62,183 nucleotides of DNA. Origin: a virus. Taxonomy: Duplodnaviria > Caudoviricetes. Location: IMG/VR virus record IMGVR_UViG_3300025141_016207, positions 1-62,183 of that record; one strand, given 5' to 3'. Under the pieces are notes generated by a model that was given only the letters and a program-made list of their open reading frames with translations, had not been told where the DNA came from and searched no databases. Position numbers and translations under genes: made by a program. Positions 1 through 9,390 of the stretch are shown here, in pieces (position 1 is the first letter of the stretch; every line of letters begins with the position of its first letter).

Positions 1-1617
1 ACCACCACCCAAAGAGATGTGTGCAACAACCGTCAACGTCACCGCATTTATCTTTGCAATAGTGCTTGTTGAGTCCAAAGCCACATAGACATGACCATCG
101 TTGCTCGTCGCAACGCCGCGTGAACGCTTGTTGTGGCTGACCGAATTCCACGCTCCGGTAATCGGGTCATAACGAGAAGTATATGTGTTTGTATTCGCAA
201 TCCAGATTTTACCAAACATATCAACATTAATTCCATACGGTGAACCTTTTCCGTTGCCCACTTTGGTCACAGCCTTGGTTTTCGGGTCAACTCTAACAAG
301 AGAACTACAACCCCGACCAGAAACCCAAATAATTCCTTTTTGATCAATGACCAAACCATAAGGATTGCAGTTGATATTGATCATATCAGTAGAAGCTCCC
401 GTCAGGGGGTGCAATCGGCGTAGACGTTTGGAGTTCCAGAACCCCATCCAAGCGTAGTTATCTTTGTCAACGCCTGCGGCTCGCGCAACTGTGGCTCCAT
501 CAGGATAGACAATAAACTTTACGCATTCGTCTTGCTGATAAGGGAGCATTTCATTCGATTCAATTTGTTTATTATTGTTTGTATCCTGCGAAGTTTGAAT
601 CGAGCCATTATTATTTTTATCAATGCATTTGTTCTTTTCGTTAATAATTTTAACAACGCCGCCATCAGAGCGGCAACCCACCCAAACATCACCATTTAGA
701 TCCACAGATGTGCGGGAAGGGCTTCCGCAGACTCGATATCTGCCGACCTCGTTACCAGTTTTAGTATTTAATTTTGAAATAGTCTTTTCAGAAGAGTTTG
801 CGATCCAGATGTGATTCAGATCAACGTTAGACTTGCCAATGTCTAGCTCAATGTAACCGCTCTTATTCTTTTTAATTCCCTTGGAGCTTCCAATGTCAAA
901 CGGAGTTCCAAAATCAGGACCAATCTTTTGCTGAGTGCAAGACAAATCGCACGTCCCACAACTAGAAAGCACGCCTTCATCAATTAAAGCATCACAATCG
1001 TCGTCTTTGCCATTGCAAATCTCTGGGGTCGGGAGTGTTTCACCCTTGCAATCGCCCCAATAGCCACCCTTGCAGAGTTGAACACCGGCTTGACACACTC
1101 CTTTACCGATCCATTGAGGATTTCCGGTATAACAATTGGCAGCAACCCCCTTGCAAGCACACCCAACATAATTTTTCTTGGTGCAGTCGGGACAGACCAC
1201 GGCGAAGTTGGGATTAGAGTCATCGCAGTCTGGTCCAGCATCACAATTTATGCCAAAGCCGTCCTTGTCTTTGTCAATGCAAATAAGTTTCGGTGGTCCA
1301 GTATCTTTTTTTGTTGTATCGGTAGCACTCTGTGTGTCAGAAGAGGACGACGATGTGTCAGATTGTGCAACCTCGGATAAAAAGGTATCCACTTGGCTTG
1401 TAGTGGAGGAATCACTATCCACGATGGCAGTTGCATCGCCGCTAAGAGCAACAGAGTCAGCCGTAGTTGATGAAGTGTCTGATGGTATTAACGTTTGTGC
1501 GTCAGGCGTGTTATAGCCAATAGGAGTTTTAAAATCTTGACCCTTTTGTGAATCGGAACAACCGATCAATAAGGCAAGTATTAAAACTATCTTATTTTGA
1601 AGCCTGAACTGCTGCAT
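1..1617 (-). CDS. Lipoprotein with Ser/Thr/Asp-rich linker, Cys-rich 'putative metal-binding motif' (MopE-related) repeats and a Vgb/NHL-like beta-propeller; truncated by the window edge
   Basis: Not in the ORF track because it has no stop in the window. Hand translation from ATG 1617: MQQFRLQNKIVLILALLIG|CSDSQ (lipobox-like LIGC), then CIDKDKDGFGINCDAGPDCDDSNP, PTPEICNGKDDDCDALIDEG, and IWIANSSEKTISKLNTKTGNEVGRY..SPSRTSVDLNGDVWVGCR with repeated PYG-x-x-x-D-x-x-G-x-IW blades; open to position 1. Confidence 0.8.
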   Translation of the reverse strand, partial: MQQFRLQNKIVLILALLIGCSDSQKGQDFKTPIGYNTPDAQTLIPSDTSSTTADSVALSGDATAIVDSDSSTTSQVDTFLSEVAQSDTSSSSSDTQSATDTTKKDTGPPKLICIDKDKDGFGINCDAGPDCDDSNPNFAVVCPDCTKKNYVGCACKGVAANCYTGNPQWIGKGVCQAGVQLCKGGYWGDCKGETLPTPEICNGKDDDCDALIDEGVLSSCGTCDLSCTQQKIGPDFGTPFDIGSSKGIKKNKSGYIELDIGKSNVDLNHIWIANSSEKTISKLNTKTGNEVGRYRVCGSPSRTSVDLNGDVWVGCRSDGGVVKIINEKNKCIDKNNNGSIQTSQDTNNNKQIESNEMLPYQQDECVKFIVYPDGATVARAAGVDKDNYAWMGFWNSKRLRRLHPLTGASTDMININCNPYGLVIDQKGIIWVSGRGCSSLVRVDPKTKAVTKVGNGKGSPYGINVDMFGKIWIANTNTYTSRYDPITGAWNSVSHNKRSRGVATSNDGHVYVALDSTSTIAKINAVTLTVVAHISLGGG

Positions 1618-2035
1618 AAAAAATCCCCAACGACATGGCTACACCACTAAGAACACCACCAGCAAACCACCAATGGTTGTGGGAGTTGGGCTGGTTCATC
1701 GCAATCTTTTGAAGGCGTTCAATCTCATCGGTTTTGATACTGAGGATTGAATTATATTTCTTTTCGGCGGCATCCAATGACACTTTAACCGTAGAAGTCA
1801 ACATATCGCACTTGGCTTTCTCTTTAGCCAAAGTGTGCTTAAGTTGAAGAGAGCACTCTAACTGACCCTTCTCTTTTGCGGCAAGCAAAACTGCGTTCGC
1901 TTCATAATCATATAAAATACCATTGTAAGGGGCTTTCTGCCCCGCTTTGATCTCTGCTACTTTCGGATTGGCATAAATGTTTGCAGGGATTAACACAATT
2001 AAAAAAACTAAAATTAAACTAATCAGCCTAACCAT
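1592..2035 (-). CDS. Exported coiled-coil membrane protein (possible spanin-like lysis accessory)
   Basis: 147 aa; N-terminal hydrophobic signal, central coiled coil, C-terminal hydrophobic Gly-rich helix WWFAGGVLSGVAMSLGIFY; overlaps both neighbours. Confidence 0.5.
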   Translation of the reverse strand: MVRLISLILVFLIVLIPANIYANPKVAEIKAGQKAPYNGILYDYEANAVLLAAKEKGQLECSLQLKHTLAKEKAKCDMLTSTVKVSLDAAEKKYNSILSIKTDEIERLQKIAMNQPNSHNHWWFAGGVLSGVAMSLGIFYAAVQASK

Positions 2036-2447
2036 CCGCCATCACCAATTCAAAGCCAAACTCTTCAGAAATCTTTTTAGCTCTGCCCTCTGGATCATTA
2101 TGCGTCTCTTCTACAATTTTTTTAATCTTTTTCTTTTCCCATTCGTGAAGTTTGAGATTTTGCTTCTTGTATTCATCATCAAGCTTCATAATGGTTGCAT
2201 GGTAATCATCGATGATCTTGTCTCTCTTCGCTAGCTCTTCTGTGTGGGCATTGTTGATTGCTTCAATTTCTTTTTTATGAGAATCTTTTGAAGCTTTAAA
2301 AGCGGCTTTAATGTTGTCAACATTTTTCTTATCGCGCAGCAAAACAACGACGACAATCGTATACAAAGCCAAAGCAACATATTGCCAATATTTATAACCG
2401 AGTGCCCAAGCCTTTTTGAAAAATGTTTTAACTGCTAGCCAAGTCAT
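2028..2447 (-). CDS. N-terminally anchored coiled-coil membrane protein (i-spanin-like)
   Basis: 139 aa; TM segment YVALALYTIVVVVLL followed by a long charged helical region. Confidence 0.5.
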   Translation of the reverse strand: MTWLAVKTFFKKAWALGYKYWQYVALALYTIVVVVLLRDKKNVDNIKAAFKASKDSHKKEIEAINNAHTEELAKRDKIIDDYHATIMKLDDEYKKQNLKLHEWEKKKIKKIVEETHNDPEGRAKKISEEFGFELVMADG

Positions 2448-2657
2448 TTAGCCCTTCTTTAACAACTGACCCGACTTCCAAGCTGTCGCAATATCTGCTA
2501 GCCCTTGCGATCCAATATAAGCTAACGCAATCGCTACCCACTGGTCGTTATTAACATAATCTGTTAACAATAAACACGTCGTTGTTAGCCACACCAGTAG
2601 CTTTCTCGACATAAATCTTTCTAAATGTTTATCTGCAAATGCTTTAATTCTTGACAT
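2448..2657 (-). CDS. Small two-TM membrane protein, holin-like
   Basis: 69 aa; SRKLLVW.. helix and QWVAIALAYIGSQGLAD helix; basic C-terminus. Confidence 0.5.
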   Translation of the reverse strand: MSRIKAFADKHLERFMSRKLLVWLTTTCLLLTDYVNNDQWVAIALAYIGSQGLADIATAWKSGQLLKKG

Positions 2658-2666
2658 TTTTTATCC

Positions 2667-5600
2667 TTATTGGTTAACATAGGCATAACCCTCTTCAGAC
2701 TTTATAATATCAATTGTTGTATCTACCGAGTCTTTCAGGTTATCTATATGTGTAATTAGTAATGTAGTCTTGAAATGTTCTTTTAAGATCTCCAAGATCC
2801 TCGTAAAGCCTTCCATATTATCTGCATCAAGCGCTGTTCCTGGCTCGTCAAGAATAAAAACATCCGGCTTGGGCATATTGCTCACATTGAGAAGCGCAAT
2901 CCGAATTGCCATAGCAGCCAAAGTTTTTTCTGCACCAGAGCCAAGCTCTAATGGTCGATGAGGATATCGAGGATGTTTAATATTAATATCTAACTTGTTT
3001 CCCCTCTCTTCAAAAAATACTTCAAAGTCTACCACATTGGCTAGAATTTCTGAAATGGCTTCATTAATAAATGGAAGCTTCTTCTTGATAATATCAAAAG
3101 CAATTCCGCTTGAATGAAAACATTTCATAAAAAGATCATACGCTGAGAACTCAGTTTGTAGGGCGACAAGTTCAGTTTTCTTTTCTCGGATATTTTCCAC
3201 CTTTTGTTGGAGGGATCCTTCGCCTTTTACGAGTTCGAAGATCTTTTCGGTACACTCAACAAGCGAGTCTTCTAGCTTAATTTTCTGCGTGGCACAAAGT
3301 GTCTGCTGCCACATTAATCTTTCTGCATTGTCAATGGTGTCTTTATGCTCTTTATAGTAATCGAACTCGGCTTGTAGATCTTGGATTTCTTCGTGACGAG
3401 TGGCAAGCTCTTTCTTGTTTTTTTCAAGGAAAAGCTTGTTGCGAGATATTTTTGTTTTTGCCTCGGAAACCTTAAGGATCAGGTTTCGATACTGGCTAAT
3501 AACATTGTCCATGTTATCATCGGTCAAGGTCTCTTCCGCAGCCTTCGCAATTTTCTTCTTGCCCCCAATAGCCAAATCCACATCTTTAATCTGACTTTTA
3601 GCCAAAAACGCATTTTTGATGAATCGACATGATTGAGCATAAACATCACCGCACGGAACCGAATCTAAAATTTTAGCTGATCTCTTTAAGTGGATCAATT
3701 CTGTTTCGCCTTTTTTGATTTCAACAAGAACTTTACCTAACTCTTCCCTCTTGAGGGCAAAATTTTCACGCCTTTTAATTAGTTCTTCAAGGCACATGCT
3801 GTCTAAAGTTTCTTCTGACTTTTCTATAAAAAGTTGTTGATTTTCAATTTCCAGCCTTAAGGCTTCATTGCGATTTTCGCAACGCTCGACAGACTTCTTT
3901 TTAGCTCCAATTTTTTCCTTGACTTTTTTAGGATTAATGATACGATCAGGAATCGCTTCTAACGCCTCTTTAATATTCCGAAGCTCCGTTGCCTTGTTTA
4001 TTATTTTACCCTCGATATCACGACACTCTTGGCGCTTTAATACAAGGTTTTCTTTAACTTTGTCAAATTCTATTTGCGCTTCGGATTCTTCTGTGGTATA
4101 ATCCACGCTTTCCATCCGACGAAGAATTGCCTTCACTTCGGCACACTCATTTTTAGCCAGCTTGAACTTGGTATCAAAGAATTCTAGATCAAGAAATTTG
4201 GCTAACAATTCCTTTCGGCGGGTGGAACCCTCGTTAATAAAATTCATAGCTCCCATCTGAGAAGACATCGAGGTAACGAGGAAATCTTCAAGGGTGCCAA
4301 ATGTGCGTCGGATAGCAGCATCGGTCGCCTTGCGGTCTATGCCATCAAGCGTTTCTTCTTCTCCAGTAACGAGGTCTTTAACCACAAACTTCACATCGGT
4401 TCTTGCTTCAATTGTCACTTCGCCGTGCAATTTGCGTTCATACTTCTCTGATATTCTCTCAATTGTATAAAGCTTTTCCCCCACTTGAATAGTGACCTTG
4501 CCCGATCCCTTGTCTTTGTTTTGGTTAATGATGTTAACATTTTTACGAATATTCTTTGACGTTGAGTTAAACAACGCATAAAGCATCGAATCAACAATAC
4601 TAGACTTACCAGAAAAATTCTTTCCAAAGATGCCGGCAGTTCCGCTCAGTTTATCAAAGTCTACTGAGTTGTTCTCTCCGTAGTTAAAAAGATTATTCCA
4701 CTCTAGCTTCTTGATAGCCCAATTTACATTTCGCACAACGTCTTCTTTTTCCTCTGCTTCGCGATTAAGACGAGTGTTTAATCGATAGACTTCCCTTAAA
4801 AGCTCTTCGCTTGGCTCATAATCCTTGAGGTAATCTTTTATAAACGATTCCTGCACCGCAATATCACGAAGGTTCTTTTCGATGAGAAGCTGGTTCTCGT
4901 TGACAAACGCTTGTCCCTTATAGCGATTAAGATATGTAACACTCTCAGGGCGGAAGCGAGTCTTGACAGCTTCGGTTGCTCTACGAATTTTATCATAAGG
5001 TAGGCGAGCATTGGCTACAACACGAATCCTCGCACCCTGTGGGGCGGTGATATTCTTTGGAAGTCTGCCGCTTGGCGTCAATTCAATTGTAACGAAAGGT
5101 TTTGGATTCTTAAACGAACACATCCTTACATCAAACTTATCTTTGTCCTCGATCTCCCAGATCAAAAACCCCTTGTCGTCTGTCTCGGCAAAGTTCTGTT
5201 GAAGCGTCGAACCACAATAACGCACTCGACCTTCAATGTCAAGCTCTTGATTGGTTTTATGAATGTCGCCCAACATGGCGTAATCGTGTCCCTTGAAAAT
5301 AACCAAATCATGATCGGCATTATCCATCTTCCAGCCCAAATCTGTTTCACAACCCGACACCGCACCGTGATAAAGCGCAATATTGATCTTAGAGTCATCA
5401 GATGGTTTAACCCAATTATCGGTATCAAACACGGATAACACATTGAAACAAACAGAACCAAGGACAAATTCTCCAGACTGCTTTAAATAATGAATATTGG
5501 AATGATTCAAGGCTTTAACAATCGGGGTGATCGCATCCTGCCTTGTAGACGTTCGTAAATTACCATCATGATTGCCGGGGATAATAACAAGCGGCGCAAT

Positions 5601-5810
5601 GTCAGCTAAATTCTTAAGGAAGCCTGATGCAACATCAAAATATTCTGGAGATAAATTAGTCTTAGTGTGCGCCAAGTCACCGCAGTGAACAATAATGTCC
5701 ACCTCTTCTTCTCGGAGCTTTTTATACATTTGATCGAAAACGATCTTATATTGTTTAAGGTATTTTAAATTCCTGACGTGAGTGTCAGATGAGTGAGCTA
5801 TTTTAATCAT
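2667..5810 (-). CDS. Fused SbcD/Mre11 metallophosphoesterase nuclease and SbcC/Rad50 ABC-ATPase (T4 gp47-gp46-like)
   Basis: N-terminal SDTH, GDLAH, GNHD, LYHG, LGDIH motifs; Walker A GKNFSGKS; long coiled coil with central VPCGDVYAQSC; signature LGSGAEK; Walker B VFILDEP; H-loop LITH. Confidence 0.92.
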   Translation of the reverse strand: MIKIAHSSDTHVRNLKYLKQYKIVFDQMYKKLREEEVDIIVHCGDLAHTKTNLSPEYFDVASGFLKNLADIAPLVIIPGNHDGNLRTSTRQDAITPIVKALNHSNIHYLKQSGEFVLGSVCFNVLSVFDTDNWVKPSDDSKINIALYHGAVSGCETDLGWKMDNADHDLVIFKGHDYAMLGDIHKTNQELDIEGRVRYCGSTLQQNFAETDDKGFLIWEIEDKDKFDVRMCSFKNPKPFVTIELTPSGRLPKNITAPQGARIRVVANARLPYDKIRRATEAVKTRFRPESVTYLNRYKGQAFVNENQLLIEKNLRDIAVQESFIKDYLKDYEPSEELLREVYRLNTRLNREAEEKEDVVRNVNWAIKKLEWNNLFNYGENNSVDFDKLSGTAGIFGKNFSGKSSIVDSMLYALFNSTSKNIRKNVNIINQNKDKGSGKVTIQVGEKLYTIERISEKYERKLHGEVTIEARTDVKFVVKDLVTGEEETLDGIDRKATDAAIRRTFGTLEDFLVTSMSSQMGAMNFINEGSTRRKELLAKFLDLEFFDTKFKLAKNECAEVKAILRRMESVDYTTEESEAQIEFDKVKENLVLKRQECRDIEGKIINKATELRNIKEALEAIPDRIINPKKVKEKIGAKKKSVERCENRNEALRLEIENQQLFIEKSEETLDSMCLEELIKRRENFALKREELGKVLVEIKKGETELIHLKRSAKILDSVPCGDVYAQSCRFIKNAFLAKSQIKDVDLAIGGKKKIAKAAEETLTDDNMDNVISQYRNLILKVSEAKTKISRNKLFLEKNKKELATRHEEIQDLQAEFDYYKEHKDTIDNAERLMWQQTLCATQKIKLEDSLVECTEKIFELVKGEGSLQQKVENIREKKTELVALQTEFSAYDLFMKCFHSSGIAFDIIKKKLPFINEAISEILANVVDFEVFFEERGNKLDINIKHPRYPHRPLELGSGAEKTLAAMAIRIALLNVSNMPKPDVFILDEPGTALDADNMEGFTRILEILKEHFKTTLLITHIDNLKDSVDTTIDIIKSEEGYAYVNQ

Positions 5811-6739
5811 ATGTTTGCCACCTGCATATCGAAGAGCGTGTCAGGGTTGACCCAAGTTGCTGCCGCCTTCCTCTCTAGAAATTGACCTCGCGTCATTTCT
5901 CCCACATCTTCAAATCCAGAGATGTCTACTTTGTAAACTTCTACATCATATTGTAGCATCTTTTGAATGATGTGGCAAGCTTTTTTTTCCGCATCAGGAT
6001 CGAGAGCCATGTAAACTGCGGTATCATTCTGAACGATACTTTGAAAGAGTTTTCCTTCTTCGTTTAACGTCGAGCCTAAAATTGGAACGGCATTCTCTCC
6101 TGCCTTGATGGCATCGAAAACACCCTCAACCAATACGAGATCTTCATCAAAGTCAACGTAAAGGTCATTAAAGATAACATCCTTGCTGACCTTCGGGTTT
6201 TTGTATTTCATCCAACCCCCCTTGTAGGAGCGAGCTATAAAATAGTTGGGGTCTCCATTGCTGTTAAAAGAAGGAATAACGATGCGCCTGCTGTATGGAC
6301 CATTGGCGCAATAACCAATCTTCCAGAACAAGATGTCATCCATTGTAATCCCGCGTTCAGCAAGATACCTGCGCGGTTCTAGAGATGACATTGGCAGACC
6401 CCCGTTGCCAAGAAAAACATAATCCTCTGGCAAGTCAACTACCTGCTCCCACTCACTATCTTCTTTGCCCTGCAAAAATTCTTCAAACCTGCTCAGATCT
6501 AGATCGGGAATGAACTCGCGCCACTTGCGTTGGTGTAGGAAAGAGCCAAAGCGCCTGATAATGCGATACAAGGATCTTCCTGCGTATCCACAATGCCAGC
6601 ATTGAAACTTGTCTTTTTCGATGTTAATTGAAAGTTTGTTTTTGGAATGTTTGCAAGCTGGACAATGAAAAAGGCGTTCGGATCCCGTGACGCGGAAATC
6701 TCCTAAGACGCCTCTAAGAATTCTGACTTTTGCTTCCAT
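5807..6739 (-). CDS. DNA primase (zinc-binding domain plus TOPRIM)
   Basis: CPAC..H and CWHC zinc ligands, YLAERGI, RIVIP, KYKNP, VLVEGVFDAI, ALDPDA; start placed at MEAKVRIL (6739), although the ORF is open to 6769. Confidence 0.9.
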   Translation of the reverse strand: MEAKVRILRGVLGDFRVTGSERLFHCPACKHSKNKLSINIEKDKFQCWHCGYAGRSLYRIIRRFGSFLHQRKWREFIPDLDLSRFEEFLQGKEDSEWEQVVDLPEDYVFLGNGGLPMSSLEPRRYLAERGITMDDILFWKIGYCANGPYSRRIVIPSFNSNGDPNYFIARSYKGGWMKYKNPKVSKDVIFNDLYVDFDEDLVLVEGVFDAIKAGENAVPILGSTLNEEGKLFQSIVQNDTAVYMALDPDAEKKACHIIQKMLQYDVEVYKVDISGFEDVGEMTRGQFLERKAAATWVNPDTLFDMQVANI

Positions 6740-7242
6740 TCTTGCCAGCCTGCTTTTGCGAGAATCCAACTATCTGCTCGGTCATAGACACCGGGCTTTG
6801 GGTTACCATACTTTGTATATTGTACACTGAAAGTGGGGTCTTTGTCAAGAACAAATTGCAAAACAACTGGTTTTGCTTTTTGACCTCTGGGAATCTTCAA
6901 TCCCACTAGCTTTCTAGCTTGACCAGCAGTGAGATACATTGGCTCAGAAGAAAACTGCTCAAGGCACAACCAACTCACAATCCCATTAAAGCGTTGTAAT
7001 ATTGCCATTGTTTTTGCCGAAGAGCCACCCGAGTTAAAAAACATAAAGGGCTGCTCGATATAAACACGCTCGATAGGAAATGTATTAAAAATGTTTGCTA
7101 ATTCGATTTTTACTTTTTGTGCCTTGTCGAAGACGCCTTGGTTCTTTCTCAAGTCCCAGGCTTCACAAAAAACAATGCCGCCATCCTGATCAATGACAGA
7201 TGCTCCGGTTATACTTGTAGAAATGTCGAGGGCTAAAATCAC
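6703..7242 (-). CDS. RuvC-like Holliday junction resolvase
   Basis: MILALDISTSITG (catalytic D), VYIEQP (E), YDRADSW (D/D); 179 aa. Confidence 0.8.
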   Translation of the reverse strand: MILALDISTSITGASVIDQDGGIVFCEAWDLRKNQGVFDKAQKVKIELANIFNTFPIERVYIEQPFMFFNSGGSSAKTMAILQRFNGIVSWLCLEQFSSEPMYLTAGQARKLVGLKIPRGQKAKPVVLQFVLDKDPTFSVQYTKYGNPKPGVYDRADSWILAKAGWQEWKQKSEFLEAS

Positions 7243-8339
7243 AGATCTATCGCTAACTTAAAAATATAAGAATCTTTTTCTTCTTTTCGAACAGGGGTGG
7301 CTAACTTTGCAATACCTATTAGATTTCTATTTTGATCAAAAAGTCCTATTTGGGAAATATAGGTTGTTTTCTTAAAACTGGCACTATGGTTAGTATACGA
7401 GCTTTTGACAACATTTTTAATTGTTTTATTTCTATATTCCGAATAAGATGTAGACCCCGTGTTTGAAACTTTATTATCATCAATATCGATAAACGTGGGG
7501 TTCGTAGAATAATTAAATTCATTAACATCGGCTATGGCAAACATCGTCATAACCGGAGTATTTGTTGTGCCACTAAAAGCGAGCCTCCATATGGACGCAG
7601 AAACATTTGAACTTATATCTCCAAAGTTCAACCACGATGCATTGCCTGCGCCACGCGAATAAGCGTCATAGGCTCCTGGCTGGATGGTTGTGCTGCCCGT
7701 GAGAATAATAAAACCCTCATTGTATAAAACAAGACCAACAGGTTCTCCGGTTATATTGCCTGTTGTTTGATAAAGAATTCCATCTTCATCTTTATCTTGG
7801 GCTCTTCCAACCAAGCTGCCAGTAAAGACTAAATCTAATTTAACCGACCCTTTTTTAATATGAGAACTATAAAAAATTGACGGAATGCTTAGTAAATTTG
7901 TTTCAACTCCCTCAATATACGCAGCGTAGTCAAAATATTTAGAATAATATCTATAATAATCTACCGCGACTCGGAGGGCTTTAAGATGAGTTGTATCAGT
8001 GCCAAGCTCCTGATGAATGGTAGATGTCAAAGGGTAAGAAGACGTGAATTCCTCGCCGAAAGCTGACGATACATAATCATCAGTATTTGTGATAGTGAAC
8101 GAATTTTTCGCGCCGTCTTTCGAAATAAAAGCGTAATAGGGAGCATCATCGCCGCCGTAGATGGCGAGACGATCAACACTCATGCCGTAAAGACTAACAT
8201 TGCCATCAGGCACATCAGGATTAGAACTGGAGATATTATTTAATAATATTCTTCCGTTACCAAAAACAAATTCAGTTTTTGGATGGGCTTTGAGGGTGTT
8301 TACTAATACCTCGCCTTTCTTGAATTCCTTTAAATACAT
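7239..8339 (-). CDS. Virion/baseplate structural protein
   Basis: C-terminal FNYSTNPT..YISQIGLFDQNRNLIGIAKLATPVRK domain shared with the neighbouring 342-aa protein; lies in the tail block. Confidence 0.6.
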   Translation of the reverse strand: MYLKEFKKGEVLVNTLKAHPKTEFVFGNGRILLNNISSSNPDVPDGNVSLYGMSVDRLAIYGGDDAPYYAFISKDGAKNSFTITNTDDYVSSAFGEEFTSSYPLTSTIHQELGTDTTHLKALRVAVDYYRYYSKYFDYAAYIEGVETNLLSIPSIFYSSHIKKGSVKLDLVFTGSLVGRAQDKDEDGILYQTTGNITGEPVGLVLYNEGFIILTGSTTIQPGAYDAYSRGAGNASWLNFGDISSNVSASIWRLAFSGTTNTPVMTMFAIADVNEFNYSTNPTFIDIDDNKVSNTGSTSYSEYRNKTIKNVVKSSYTNHSASFKKTTYISQIGLFDQNRNLIGIAKLATPVRKEEKDSYIFKLAIDL

Positions 8340-8345
8340 TCTTCA

Positions 8346-9374
8346 TCAATAATCAAGTCTAACCCTCAATGTCAACTCCGATGCCGGTGTTTTCTTAATG
8401 GGTTCTGATAGCTTTGCAACTGCGAGCAATTCATTATCTGCTCCATACAAACCTACCGTCGTTGGATAAGTTTGTGGCTGATCGGCAGCTACGTTTTTTA
8501 CCATAATCTTGCTCCCAGTAACATAAGTGGGATTGCTACTATAATTAAAATCATTATTATTGGCTCGACAAAAATAAACGGTAGAATTTAGCTCTGTTGT
8601 GTTATTAAACTGAATGTTTCTCGTTCGATGTCTAACTGCCTGCGTAATCGTGTCGATCGAAGCAGAGACCATCATGTCAGACATGTTATCATTGTTTGTT
8701 GGATCCATGCTTGTAGCGGCATCAAAAAGCGAAGAAGTTAGCACTACAACGCCTGCCTGATAATAAACAAGCCCGAGCGCGTTCGCTAAATCTGCCGAGC
8801 CGTCCTTGTAAAGAATGCCATATTCTCCTGCCGGTGAATTAACCTTTGAAGAAGTGGCAGCGCCGACATCAGTAAGAGTAACGTTTTGAGTGGGGCTAGC
8901 ATATGTGCCGCCCGTATCAAACGATAACTGAACGGTGCCTTTTTGAATTTCATCCTTGCTCAACAATCGAGCAAAATTAAAGAAAAGACAATTGTCTAGT
9001 TTAGTACCCCCTGCCGCAATGTCACCATCTTGGTCAAACCGCTCCAAGGTGCCGGTCATATCAAATCCGACCAAAACTTGAGCCATCATATTATACATGT
9101 TGATCTTTTTATCTTGCATGTTGGTGCCGGTGTGAGTAGCTGACATCTCTGAATGCGTTGAATATCCCGCCGACATATCAAAAATATGGTTAGCCGAAGA
9201 GCTTAAATACGGATAATCGTATACCGATACAAACATTCCATGACCATACGTCTTTATGTTATTATCGGCATAAGTTCCACTGACAATTGTTCCTGTGATT
9301 GGAATTGCTTCATGCAAAAGCGTCTTCGTTGAAGTAACATCATTTGAGGTTAAAGTTTTAAAAATACTAGCCAT
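8346..9374 (-). CDS. Virion/baseplate structural protein (paralog of 7239-8339)
   Basis: FNYSSNPT..YPTTVGLYGADNELLAVAKLSEPIKK..VRLDY; GLVYYQAG matches GLVLYNEG in the paralog. Confidence 0.6.
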   Translation of the reverse strand: MASIFKTLTSNDVTSTKTLLHEAIPITGTIVSGTYADNNIKTYGHGMFVSVYDYPYLSSSANHIFDMSAGYSTHSEMSATHTGTNMQDKKINMYNMMAQVLVGFDMTGTLERFDQDGDIAAGGTKLDNCLFFNFARLLSKDEIQKGTVQLSFDTGGTYASPTQNVTLTDVGAATSSKVNSPAGEYGILYKDGSADLANALGLVYYQAGVVVLTSSLFDAATSMDPTNNDNMSDMMVSASIDTITQAVRHRTRNIQFNNTTELNSTVYFCRANNNDFNYSSNPTYVTGSKIMVKNVAADQPQTYPTTVGLYGADNELLAVAKLSEPIKKTPASELTLRVRLDY

Positions 9375-9390
9375 TGTTCATCCTTTTAGT

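Noticed and set aside
48-1451. Short minus-strand ORFs 48-236, 984-1244 and 1248-1451
   Set aside because: Alternative-frame fragments inside the continuous 1-1617 lipoprotein frame
6703-7242. RuvC protein as a TnpB/Cas12-like RNA-guided nuclease
   Set aside because: Only 179 aa, no zinc finger or REC region, no adjacent non-coding space for a guide RNA; its position beside the primase fits a resolvase
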